A program made the position numbers and the translations under genes. This document shows, one piece after another, positions 28,712 through 39,300 of a stretch of DNA of 64,000 bases. The stretch covers positions 32,001-96,000 of the IMG/VR virus record IMGVR_UViG_3300031703_000001, one strand, 5' to 3'. A model generated the notes under the pieces. That model was not told where the DNA came from. It made no database searches and saw only the letters and a list, made by a program, of their open reading frames with translations. The DNA is from a virus. Each line of letters begins with the position of its first letter. The first letter of the stretch is position 1.

Positions 28712-30337
28712 ATGGAATATAAAAAGTACTATTGGCTAAATGAAGAAAGCCGTACATTCTTATCAAGAGGGTACATCTCTGAAACACCAGAGCAGAGAAT
28801 TAAGGATATTGCTAATGTAGCAGAAAAATATCTAAAGATTGATGGATTTGCATTAAAGTTTGAAGACTACATATCACGTGGTTTTTATTCTTTAGCTACT
28901 CCAACCTGGATTAACTTTGGTAAATCAAAAGGATTACCAATCAGTTGTTATGGATCAAACGTTGATGATTCATTAGATAGCATCTTAAATGGTGGCCGTG
29001 AAGTTGGTTTGATGTCTAAGTATGGAGGAGGAACTTCTGTATATTTAGGAAACATTAGAGCAAGGGGTGCAAGTATATCAACAGGAGGTCATGCTGATGG
29101 GCCAGTTCATTATGCTAAAATATATGACACCGTTGTTGATGTATGTAAACAATCTGAAGCTAGAAGAGGAGCATGTGCTGCTTGGTTACCTTTAGAGCAT
29201 GCTGATATAATGGAGTTCTTGGATATTGGGACTGAAGGAAATCCTATTCAAAATCTACAGTACGGTGTAACTGTTACTGATAAATGGATGGAAGAAATGA
29301 AAGCTGGTGATAGTGCTAAGCGTAAAACCTGGGCAAAAGTTATTCAGAGAAGAAATGAATTTGGTTTTCCATATATCATGTTCAAAGATAACTCAAATAA
29401 CAATTCTCCATACAAAGAACTAGGGCTTGATATAACGGCTTCAAATCTATGTAGTGAGATACAATTACCTACAGACAGTTTTAACTCATTTGTATGCTGT
29501 CTAGGGTCCATTAATCTATTACATTGGGATGAAATCAAACACACTGATGCAATAGAAACATATGTATTGTTTTTAAATGCAGTAATGGATGAGTTTATTA
29601 AAAAATCAGCCGTGTTACCTGGTATGAAGAGAGCACATAGATTTGCTTCTCAACATAGAGCAATAGGTTTAGGAGTAATGGGTTATCATTCTTTATTTCA
29701 ATCAAAGCTTATTGAGTTTGAATCATTACAGGCCAAAGGTTTAAACAGTGAAATCTTTAGAACTTTAAAGGAAAGATCAGAGGTTGCATCAAAATGGCTT
29801 CATGACTCAAGGGATGTCACTTGTATTAGAGATGGTTTTGCAAATAGCACATTAATGGCTGTTGCTCCTACTAAATCTAGTTCATTTATTCACGGTGCTG
29901 TATCTATGGGTATTGAACCAATCAAATCTAATTATTTTATTAAAGATTTGGCTAAGTCAAAAACCATATATCAAAATCCTTTTTTAAAGGAGGAATTAGA
30001 AAAGTATGATCTGAATACCCCTGCAGTTTGGGATAGCATCTTGAAAAAGGATGGCTCAGTTCAACATTTAGATTTTCCTACTAAAGGAGTATTCAAGTCA
30101 TTCATTGAGATAACCCCTAAAGAATTGATACTTCAGGCAGCTCAAAGACAAAAGTTCATTGATCAATCACAATCTTTGAATTTAATGATACACCCTAGCG
30201 TTTCTGCTAAAGATATAAATCAATTGTATTTATATGCATGGGAGGAAGGAGTTAAAACTCTTTACTACCAATTTAGCCAGAGTTCTGCACAAGAGTTTTC
30301 TAGAAATATTCTAGACTGTGCAAGTTGTGAAGGTTAG
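28712..30337 (+). CDS. nrdA: ribonucleotide reductase large subunit (no ATP cone)
   Basis: PISC, GGG, SNLCSEI, APTKSSS, DQSQSLN, KTLYY, C-terminal CASCEG; start placed at ATG 28712. Confidence 0.95.
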   Translation: MEYKKYYWLNEESRTFLSRGYISETPEQRIKDIANVAEKYLKIDGFALKFEDYISRGFYSLATPTWINFGKSKGLPISCYGSNVDDSLDSILNGGREVGLMSKYGGGTSVYLGNIRARGASISTGGHADGPVHYAKIYDTVVDVCKQSEARRGACAAWLPLEHADIMEFLDIGTEGNPIQNLQYGVTVTDKWMEEMKAGDSAKRKTWAKVIQRRNEFGFPYIMFKDNSNNNSPYKELGLDITASNLCSEIQLPTDSFNSFVCCLGSINLLHWDEIKHTDAIETYVLFLNAVMDEFIKKSAVLPGMKRAHRFASQHRAIGLGVMGYHSLFQSKLIEFESLQAKGLNSEIFRTLKERSEVASKWLHDSRDVTCIRDGFANSTLMAVAPTKSSSFIHGAVSMGIEPIKSNYFIKDLAKSKTIYQNPFLKEELEKYDLNTPAVWDSILKKDGSVQHLDFPTKGVFKSFIEITPKELILQAAQRQKFIDQSQSLNLMIHPSVSAKDINQLYLYAWEEGVKTLYYQFSQSSAQEFSRNILDCASCEG

Positions 30338-30346
30338 TAATTAAAT

Positions 30347-30409
30347 AATGTAGTATAAACCAGTCACTAAGGCCTAATTATAGGTTTAATGACTGGTTTA
30401 TCATACATT
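30347..30409. terminator. bidirectional terminator / long hairpin between convergent genes
   Basis: ATAAACCAGTCA/TGACTGGTTTAT perfect arms with additional inner and outer pairing. Confidence 0.8.
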
Positions 30410-30410
30410 T

Positions 30411-33400
30411 TTAGTATTCAAATTCTCTTTCTATTAGAGCATTGTTCCATTTCTTAAATGATGTCAATATAGGTAATGCATCTTCCCAAGCTTTAGCTAC
30501 TTTAAGTTTTCCTTTATTAGGTTTATTTTGATAAACATAATCAGAATCAGCATAAAAGCCTTCTTCACCTTTAATTAAATATGCAGGTGCAAACCATATA
30601 CTTTGGTTTACTGCCTCACCCAATTCACCTAACATTCTTGATGCAGCAACCGGAGATTTAATCATCTGGTGTATTTGTACCCATGAATCTGGAGTAATTG
30701 GAGCAAACAATATCAATTCTTTATACAATCTATCTGCTTGATACTTAGTTAAATTCTTAAGTCTTCTTTCAGTATCACTATCATCATCATCACCGGCAAG
30801 AACACTATCTAGTATAGTACCTATTCCGGATACTGCAATTATAATAGCAATTTCACCCATGGTTCTGTAGACACCAAACAATCTATTTTGACCTCTTGAA
30901 TCACCAAGACCACCTGTACCATCATAACCTTCTTGTTCTTTTAGAAATCCTTCACCATATTTTTTAAAGTCTCTATTTCCAAGAACTATTTGTTGTTTTG
31001 CAAAAGCAGCAAACGCTATGGCAGATTTATATCTACCTTCCATCCAACCTAAATTTTCATCAAAGTATTCATTTTGGAATCTAGCTCTAACAGCTGGAGC
31101 AACCCATTTTTTAAATTGTGCAGCTAAGTTACCAATGGTATGAGATTGAATTATCATTCTATCTTCAGCCGCGTAATTACCATGAATTTGTTTGTTGACT
31201 TCTCTAATATTATTTCTTAGTTTATATCTAAAGTCATCATTATACTGAGCAATCTCTTTACCATTTTTATCTATAACAGTTTCAAAACCATCCATCAATT
31301 CAACTTCATGAGTTTTTCCATTAAATTTGAATGCATCATATAAAGACATTGTTTCTCCCGTTTCTTTATTAAGAACCAGGGTATCCATTATTAAAGCTAT
31401 ACCAACTTTAGTTTGAACATTGTATTCAGCAGCATCTTGTAGTACATAACCCCAAGCTTTAAACCTTTCCCAAACACCTTTATCATCTTTACCTCTTTGT
31501 GATTCACGTATATCTGTAGAATCATCCATCATTCTGAATAGCTCAGTTAATGCTTCATACTTATTGTTGGCTTGATTAGGATCATAATCAGTCTTGCCAA
31601 TATTTGCTAAACCTAGAGTTGCTATATCAGCAATATCTTGTATTCCAGCACCGGTTCTTTTTATTATACCAGGTAAAGCAACAGCATTGTATTCCTTAGC
31701 TGCTCTAAAATAACTCTTCTTTGAGTAAAATCTAGAACCAAGCATCTCAATATTATTGTTTATTTTACCCATCAAGTAATTGTTAAAGTTACCAAACGGA
31801 TTAAATGCAACATAAGCTAAAGAAGAAAATCCAATTAACTGATCTGCAATTTTATCTACAGCTCCTTTTGTTATAAGTTCATTATCATAATAAACCATTG
31901 ACAAATATTTTCTCAATCTTCTTACAGTATTTGAATCACCACTTGTTTCTTTTTTGAAACCTACGGTGCCTCCAATAGCCTGATCAACTTTATTGGCAGC
32001 ACGGCCAACTAAACGTGTACTTGCTTTAGATGGTTCATATGCTCTATTTTCTACAACTCTTGTTATTGCAGTTAATGTATCTTCAATTTCACCCATCACT
32101 TCATAATGTTCAGCCATTGCGCTAAACTTTATTAAACTTGATGCTAAATCAGAACTTAACTCTTCAACTAAAGGTGCACTTCTTAACTTTGCAGTTTCAC
32201 CTGATAGTAAGGCAGCTTCTTTCTTATAAGTGACACCATTTATCTCACCTTTTTTATATTTATCCTTTAATGCTTTTTCTTTTGCTTCAGCTTCTTCAAG
32301 TGCTCCTTCTTTTCTAGGAGAACCCGTATAGAACACAGGCATTGAATTAACAAAATTACCTTGCTCATCAAGCAAAACATTCTTTTGTATAGCAGTTTCT
32401 TTAGTAAGATTTGAAACTGATCTCACTGTATTAGAATACATTCTTACAAAGACATTGGATTTATTCTTTAAATCAGATAATAATTCACCTTTAACAGTTG
32501 GTATTCTACCAGACATCTGCGCTTTAACACTTGCTGGTAATTTACCTAATAATTCAACTTCATAATACTTAACGTACAACTCATAGAATTCTCTTTGTGC
32601 AATAGATAACGCATCAGTTTTAGTAGGATCAAAAATGGCTTTGTATTGCTCACTTCTCATATCACCATTAACATCTGCTAATCCATTTTCATCAAGTGAA
32701 AATTCATTGGCAACTATATATTCACCTTTAACAAATATACCACCAGTCTTATCTTTTAAAACTTGACCTGTTGGTTCTCCATTAAGCCATATTGCTTTAT
32801 TATAGTCAACGCTATTGTAGTACTTGGCTTGGAATTTTTGATACTCAACTTCCTTTGCACCTTTTACATTACTTCTTTTATGCCATGTACCCCATGTACC
32901 ATTATTTTGCCAGAACTCAAACTTCTTTCTAGCATCTTGAAACTCTTGGTTATATCTGTGATATTTACCATCTATTCTATTACCATTTTCATCTGATCTC
33001 TCTGCTTGAGAAAAGTTAGTCAATGCTCTCTTTTTTCTAGCCACCTCAATATTATAGTCAATATCTTCTTTGGTTGCATTTTCAAAATTACCAACTTCTC
33101 TGTATTGTAAAGGAACACCTTTATCATCAGTTGTTGCATCCATTAACTCTTGTCTTAGAGTATAATATTTTTGACCAATTGGTTTTGTATAAAATCCAGT
33201 GCGTTTACCTTCTCTGAAAACATGCATGAAATCATAAAGTTGATCCTTGCTAGTTCCCGGTGATAACTTTAATAGTTTATTACCAGCTTTTTGAATTACA
33301 GATTCTCTATAATTAATCTTATCTAATAAGATTTGTTTTTGTCTTTTGTATATTTTATCTACTATAGCAAGTAATGTATCAGTAGAAGTAGCTAAATCTC

Positions 33401-36341
33401 TAGTTTGTAAATCAACACCACTAATATCATCAACCTGAGTCAATTCTTTAATTAAATCTGCTTCAGTGTTACCACTTCCCTCAACTCCAAATTGTCTATT
33501 AGATTTGTTTCTAACAACTTCTTTTACATAATTGAAAATAGCATCATTAATAAGACCTTCTTTACCAGTATTTAATGCTTTAGTACCAACTAATTTATTG
33601 GTTTCTAATTGTAGGTTTAACACCAATTGTTTTTGTGTAGCATTTAATTCTGAAGAATCTTCAATTGCAAATAAAGGAGCAAATGTAGTAAGGAATCTGT
33701 TGAAATTTAACACATAACTAATGTAAGCTGGGTCATCAATATTTTTTGGATCAGATACATATGTTGTAAATTCTCTAATTCTTTCTAATGACTTACGTAA
33801 TAAAGCAGTATAAACTCTAGACTGTTCAAGTGGGCCCTTATTCATACCACTTAAAATATAAGCTTGTTCATTAGCTCTCTCATCTAACCTTTGTTCATAG
33901 GTTTTGCTTGAGAATACCTTTTTCTTATTATTAGTATCCGCTTCCTGTGCTCTTCTTACAGCTTCACTGTAATTTTCTACAGCATCATATATAGTATTCT
34001 TTTCTGTAAGTACTTTGGCCTCTACAGTTTCAGGTATAACTTCATCTTTTAATAAAGGATCATTTTTACCTGAATAAAAAGACTCATCTTGTTCAGCTAT
34101 TTTAGCATCTAACTTTTCCTTATTGGTATTTTTCTTTGTTGCTGGAATAAGCATGTCAACATAAACTCCGTTTTCAGATGGTTTGGTTTCTGATAACTCA
34201 TTGTTATGGTGCATATTCTTTTCATTGGTATAACTACCTAAATACTTTTGGTCTTTACCTTTACCTTCTATATCTAAATGCATATGGAATGTGGTAGCAG
34301 AGAAATCACCTTCATTAACAGTGTATCCCATATTCTCCAACATCCTTCTGTATAAGTTTACTTGAAGATTGTGTTGTCCTTTTGTACTCAGTGTGTCTAC
34401 ACCTTTTTGTTTTAACAAACTATCAGCAGGTAATGCCCAACCTTTATCTTCATAAAGTGTCAGACCTTGTAATCCTTTTTTTGTAGTTGTTGGAAATTTC
34501 TTAAGTATAGAATTCTTACTTGTTTTTAAATCAAGAATGCTAATTCTACCTTGCTTATCTACAATAAGTAAATCAGCTGTACCAGCAAGCTTTGTTGCTT
34601 CATCAAATAAAACAACTTGAGACATTGCTATACTACCATCAGGCATCAAAGTTCTTATAACTTCTCTCATAGCTCCAAACATTTCCAATGTCTGATCTCT
34701 TGTTAAAACTTTCATGTTGGGGATTGTATCCTCAAACAAATTCATCTTTTCTCTACCGTTGAGTTCAATTACTATGGCCTCAACAATAGTATCAACATCA
34801 TTTCCAATGTCTAAATTATATTGTACACTTTCTAGTTTTGTTTTATCTACAAGTTTACCTTCTTTAATTTTTTCAACCCATAATTTCTTCTCTGCAGCAA
34901 GTGCTTTTCCTTTCAGACCTTTTATTGCTTCATCTCTAGCCTGTATAGCTTCTCCTTCTTTATTGGTAAGTTTACCTTTAATTGCAGTAGTAACAGAATT
35001 GTAAACAGTATTGCTGTTTAGATCCATATACGTGTGCTCTTCAGCATTAAATGTCATTGCCACTTGTGAACCTTTATCTCCAGGCTTAAGCTTTTTTGAA
35101 TTAATACTAACTGATAAACTATCTACAACTTTAGGGCTTCCTTCAACAATTCTGTACATTTCATTTAGCACTTCAGTTTGAATACCATTTGCAACTGACA
35201 ACGTTCTCTTTTTTATTGCAGCTTTTTCAGGAGACAATGAATATCTTACCTTACCGCTTGCTTTTTTAATGAGAACAAATTGTAAATCTGCTGTATTTAA
35301 AAGTCTTGCAATATCACTAAATGTTGCATTGCTATTTATAGCTGTTACCTCTAAAGGATTACCAGCAATATACTCATGTAAATTGTTAACTACATTTTGC
35401 AACCACTCTAAAGCATCTTGAATTAAATTTAAAAAAGTCTTTGTTGGTTTAACACCATTGTATTCTTTATTAAAATGTCTTGTTAATGCTTGTGTTACAA
35501 TTTCTAAATCTCTATCTAGTTGACTAAAGTTTCTGTCTGCATTATATGCATCAGTAATCTGCTGAGCCATCTCCGGGAAGTTGACTTTAGCTTCTGCTAA
35601 TAAATTATTAAATAAAGCTTGGTTATCAACCTTGATAGCATCAATGAATGGGTGCAACATTTCTTCAATTGCAGTTTCATTAGTTACTTTACCTTGAATT
35701 AAATAAACAACACCATCAACATAAAATGAATTAACTTCTGAAAAGGGCCCTGAAGTCTTCTTCCATTTAGGCAATCCATCATGGATAGCTTTAGCTTCTT
35801 TAACAGATAACATTTTAACTTTAAGTTGGGGAAACATTTTCATTAAATGCATCACAACCTCTCTTGATCTTGGTGTATTCCAGGCTCTTGAAGATTCCAT
35901 TATATCTTTAGGAGTAAATACATTATCTAAAACCTCTATCTTATATGACTTAGGTGTTCTTGTAATGTTCACACTCTCCAACGGTATATTGTTTGCCTTT
36001 AGATACAACAATACAGCCTTATGATTTGCCGCAAGAGCAGTTGCATCATAGACCATGCTATTATTATATGAATTATTGATAACATAATTACCTTCATACA
36101 AATGGATTAACTTCTTTCTACGCAAGTTATGAATCACACTTTCACCAAACTGACGTTGCTTTAATGCAAAGGCAACCTTGTTAAGTGAAACAAATCTTGC
36201 TGCTTCAACTGTTGTAGGGAACACGTCAGTGCTGTTGGCACTCTGCCAAGCATTGATAATGTTGTTAGTTTCTAATTCACTTGTGTAAACCTCCTGTAGA
36301 GCTTTATACTCTGCTGTATTTTTATTGGGACATTTTGCCAT
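30411..36341 (-). CDS. large ejected/internal virion protein with degenerate zincin and PD-(D/E)XK nuclease domains
   Basis: TAIEEMLHP...LEIVTQAL; LAGTADLLIVD...ILDLKTS...LQVNLY; position after the vRNAP as in crAss-like phages. Confidence 0.7.
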   Translation of the reverse strand: MAKCPNKNTAEYKALQEVYTSELETNNIINAWQSANSTDVFPTTVEAARFVSLNKVAFALKQRQFGESVIHNLRRKKLIHLYEGNYVINNSYNNSMVYDATALAANHKAVLLYLKANNIPLESVNITRTPKSYKIEVLDNVFTPKDIMESSRAWNTPRSREVVMHLMKMFPQLKVKMLSVKEAKAIHDGLPKWKKTSGPFSEVNSFYVDGVVYLIQGKVTNETAIEEMLHPFIDAIKVDNQALFNNLLAEAKVNFPEMAQQITDAYNADRNFSQLDRDLEIVTQALTRHFNKEYNGVKPTKTFLNLIQDALEWLQNVVNNLHEYIAGNPLEVTAINSNATFSDIARLLNTADLQFVLIKKASGKVRYSLSPEKAAIKKRTLSVANGIQTEVLNEMYRIVEGSPKVVDSLSVSINSKKLKPGDKGSQVAMTFNAEEHTYMDLNSNTVYNSVTTAIKGKLTNKEGEAIQARDEAIKGLKGKALAAEKKLWVEKIKEGKLVDKTKLESVQYNLDIGNDVDTIVEAIVIELNGREKMNLFEDTIPNMKVLTRDQTLEMFGAMREVIRTLMPDGSIAMSQVVLFDEATKLAGTADLLIVDKQGRISILDLKTSKNSILKKFPTTTKKGLQGLTLYEDKGWALPADSLLKQKGVDTLSTKGQHNLQVNLYRRMLENMGYTVNEGDFSATTFHMHLDIEGKGKDQKYLGSYTNEKNMHHNNELSETKPSENGVYVDMLIPATKKNTNKEKLDAKIAEQDESFYSGKNDPLLKDEVIPETVEAKVLTEKNTIYDAVENYSEAVRRAQEADTNNKKKVFSSKTYEQRLDERANEQAYILSGMNKGPLEQSRVYTALLRKSLERIREFTTYVSDPKNIDDPAYISYVLNFNRFLTTFAPLFAIEDSSELNATQKQLVLNLQLETNKLVGTKALNTGKEGLINDAIFNYVKEVVRNKSNRQFGVEGSGNTEADLIKELTQVDDISGVDLQTRDLATSTDTLLAIVDKIYKRQKQILLDKINYRESVIQKAGNKLLKLSPGTSKDQLYDFMHVFREGKRTGFYTKPIGQKYYTLRQELMDATTDDKGVPLQYREVGNFENATKEDIDYNIEVARKKRALTNFSQAERSDENGNRIDGKYHRYNQEFQDARKKFEFWQNNGTWGTWHKRSNVKGAKEVEYQKFQAKYYNSVDYNKAIWLNGEPTGQVLKDKTGGIFVKGEYIVANEFSLDENGLADVNGDMRSEQYKAIFDPTKTDALSIAQREFYELYVKYYEVELLGKLPASVKAQMSGRIPTVKGELLSDLKNKSNVFVRMYSNTVRSVSNLTKETAIQKNVLLDEQGNFVNSMPVFYTGSPRKEGALEEAEAKEKALKDKYKKGEINGVTYKKEAALLSGETAKLRSAPLVEELSSDLASSLIKFSAMAEHYEVMGEIEDTLTAITRVVENRAYEPSKASTRLVGRAANKVDQAIGGTVGFKKETSGDSNTVRRLRKYLSMVYYDNELITKGAVDKIADQLIGFSSLAYVAFNPFGNFNNYLMGKINNNIEMLGSRFYSKKSYFRAAKEYNAVALPGIIKRTGAGIQDIADIATLGLANIGKTDYDPNQANNKYEALTELFRMMDDSTDIRESQRGKDDKGVWERFKAWGYVLQDAAEYNVQTKVGIALIMDTLVLNKETGETMSLYDAFKFNGKTHEVELMDGFETVIDKNGKEIAQYNDDFRYKLRNNIREVNKQIHGNYAAEDRMIIQSHTIGNLAAQFKKWVAPAVRARFQNEYFDENLGWMEGRYKSAIAFAAFAKQQIVLGNRDFKKYGEGFLKEQEGYDGTGGLGDSRGQNRLFGVYRTMGEIAIIIAVSGIGTILDSVLAGDDDDSDTERRLKNLTKYQADRLYKELILFAPITPDSWVQIHQMIKSPVAASRMLGELGEAVNQSIWFAPAYLIKGEEGFYADSDYVYQNKPNKGKLKVAKAWEDALPILTSFKKWNNALIEREFEY

Positions 36342-36348
36342 AACTATA

Positions 36349-39300
36349 TTATAATATACATTTAATTTCTTCCATGAATACTTCCTCTGAAGTCTTATCA
36401 GCAGTTGCTGGATACATTCCTTTCTTTGATTCCTTATTAAAGAATTCTAACATAAGACTATATGTTCTCATACCGTTCTTAGCAAATTTAGCCTTTTTTT
36501 CTGAATCTTGATCTATTACTTCATCCCAAAATATAATTAGTTGAGGATTTAACTCAGCCGCATTAGCATCAAACTCTAAATCCATCTGCATTAATGAAGC
36601 AGCTAATTCAGAAGCATCACGTAAAGCATCCTCTGCAACATCACCTTCTTGAAATTCTTTTGGTGTTGCAACTACAGTTTCAGTTTCAGCTAATGTAACA
36701 TCAACTTTGGTTCCTCCCTCTGATGGAGTACCATCTACAATATCAATATACTCCGCTCTAGCTAGATCTTGTTCTAATTGTGCTTCTTGTACATCAAAAG
36801 ATTGAGTTTGAAAGTTATCAGAAATTGGATCATTGTGTAATTCTTTTACTGATTTTCTTACCTCAACATATGTAGGTCTTTCACCAAACATAAATCCAAT
36901 ACCATTTTGTTGATTGGATCCGTATGTTTCAATTTCATTATATACTCCTACTTCCTCAGTTGTTTTATTAAGTGAGTCAGAAAGCATTTGACCAGAAATT
37001 TGTTCTAATGCTTTTATTGTTGCTCTAACTTCAATTGCAACTTTATCCGGAGTTAATAAATCTCTACCCTTATTCCAATATACATCTTTATCTTTATTAT
37101 TTATATGATCTTGTTCATGAAGAACCAAGAAAGTATTAGCAAGTTTATTAGTAGAAAGTATAGATTTAACTTTAGCTAAGCTATAACCTTGCTTATTAAG
37201 TTCCTTCAAGACTAAAGCTTTTTGTAAACTAGATACACCACCTTCTTTACCCTCCATGTAATCAAATAACTCTTGTGTGTTTGTTACTGGGTTTATTGTT
37301 ATAGTAACTCCATCAGTAGAAGCAAATCTTTTAGAACCATCAGAGTTCTTTAATTTTTTATTTACTTTGTATGCTGGCATTCTATAAGCACCTTTTACAC
37401 TTTGAGATTCTGAAGTTCCAACATCATCACGCGCATATGTTTTATAAGAATCATAACCTTCAGTTGAAGTATTTTTAACTCTTATATAACGTTTGCCTTT
37501 AGATGTAGGATTCTTTTCATATACTGCAGTTAATACACCACTTTTAACAGTAACACCTTTTGTTTTTTTACTAAAAGCACCGTCAGTTTGATACAGGGTT
37601 GTTATTAAAGAGTTGTTTATATTAGATGCTAAATAACCATTAATAAATTCATCCTTCATTTCAGACATTGTTAAACCAAATGTAGACATCATCTTTTCAT
37701 CTGATGCATTACGTAAAGCTTCATTGGCTGTTGCAATATGATCTAAGTAAGCAGTCATTGTAAATGGACTAATTGCATCAAGCAATGTTCCATAAGCCAT
37801 TTGTAAACCGTCTTTCACCATCATGTAATTGATGATTGATAATGCATCATCTTTAGTTTCTAATGTACCATATATTTTAGCAAAAGATGTTTGTAAATCT
37901 ATTTTTTGTTGTCCATTTAAACTTCTAAATGTATTTGATTGCACAAGGTTTAAACCAGTGTTATTACTTTTTTCTGAAGCAGAATTAGCAACAGCAAATA
38001 CATCAAGGAAGAAATTATCTTTACCAACTTCAGTTTCTCTCAACCTTTCTATAAGATCAATAACTGAATTTTGATCAGATGGGTAAATGAAATTGTTATT
38101 TAAGTTAGCTATAGAACCCGTTGTTCCATTACCAACATTATGTTGATATGCTTTTATTGTTATATATGATAATAAATCTCTAGCTATTTTTGATTCAGTT
38201 TCTGATGTGAACTCTTGCTTGTTAACATCCATATTATCCATTACGTCAGCCATGATGCTTGTGAATTGTGGACTTGCACTCAAGAAAGTAGCAGGTAATA
38301 AATCATCATAAATTTGGTCAAATATCTCTAAGTATTTAGACTGCCAAGTATCACTCTTATAAATAGGTGCTAAATCCATTATTGCTTCCTTAGCAAATAA
38401 TTGATCCATTTGCTCTCTCTTATAATTTACAGTTGTTATATCTTTCCCTAAACCATTTGTAAGATCAGAAATTGATCTCATGTTGGAAGTGAATTTCTTA
38501 ACACGTGTTGCTTCAGAGAATGTTACCAATATAGATAATTGTTCTACATCACTGATTTCATTGTCTAATGATTTTCTCAATAGTGCATCAGTTACATCAA
38601 CTAGTTCTATACTCTTAGCTTCTTTATCCTTGTTATCATTGTTTATCTTATCATTCAATTCAGCTACCTTATCTTTAAGTAAAGACTCAACACCTGGATC
38701 CATTTTTTCTTTCTTATTTATAGCTTGCTCATAAATACTTTGAATTTCAGGATTGTTTATTAATAGTAAAGATGTTCTAATTGGAACACCCAATGCTGTT
38801 AAGTTTCCAACTAATGCTAATGCTTCTTTGTTTAATCCAAGTTTAGCAACCAATCTTTCTTTAGCATTATCTGTAGCCATTGTGATTAAAGAAGAAATAA
38901 TATCTTGTTTTCTATCACCTAACTTACCATCTCCCAATTGTTCTCTAAGATGTTTGAAAGTATCAAACTTAATACCATTCAACATTATAGCTGGTCCGTC
39001 AGCTTTAAGTGTTATACCGTATTCAGTTAAAAGGCTCAATGCTTGATTTGGAGAAACTATTGCTCCAATTGCAGCACCTTTATTTGCTTTAAATGATTTT
39101 ATCTTACCTAAGATATTATCAACATCAATGTTATCTTCTCTAGAACGTTCAACTAAATAATTTGATCTAGTTGCACTTTCTTCTGAACTATCACTAAACT
39201 CTGCCCATAAACTATATAGTATATCTAAACTTGCTGGAGTGTATGATATAGCTGGTTTTCCATCTATTTCATTAGTTACACTATCATTCCCCATTAATGC

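Noticed and set aside
3511-30337. Introns or inteins in dnaB, polB, nrdA or nrdB
   Set aside because: All are uninterrupted and compact, with no intein or homing-endonuclease motifs.
19825-30337. Interpreting groEL/nrdAB as host chromosome (prophage boundary or chimeric assembly)
   Set aside because: They are embedded among phage genes, lack bacterial neighbours such as groES, and share the window-wide CGA/TCG avoidance.
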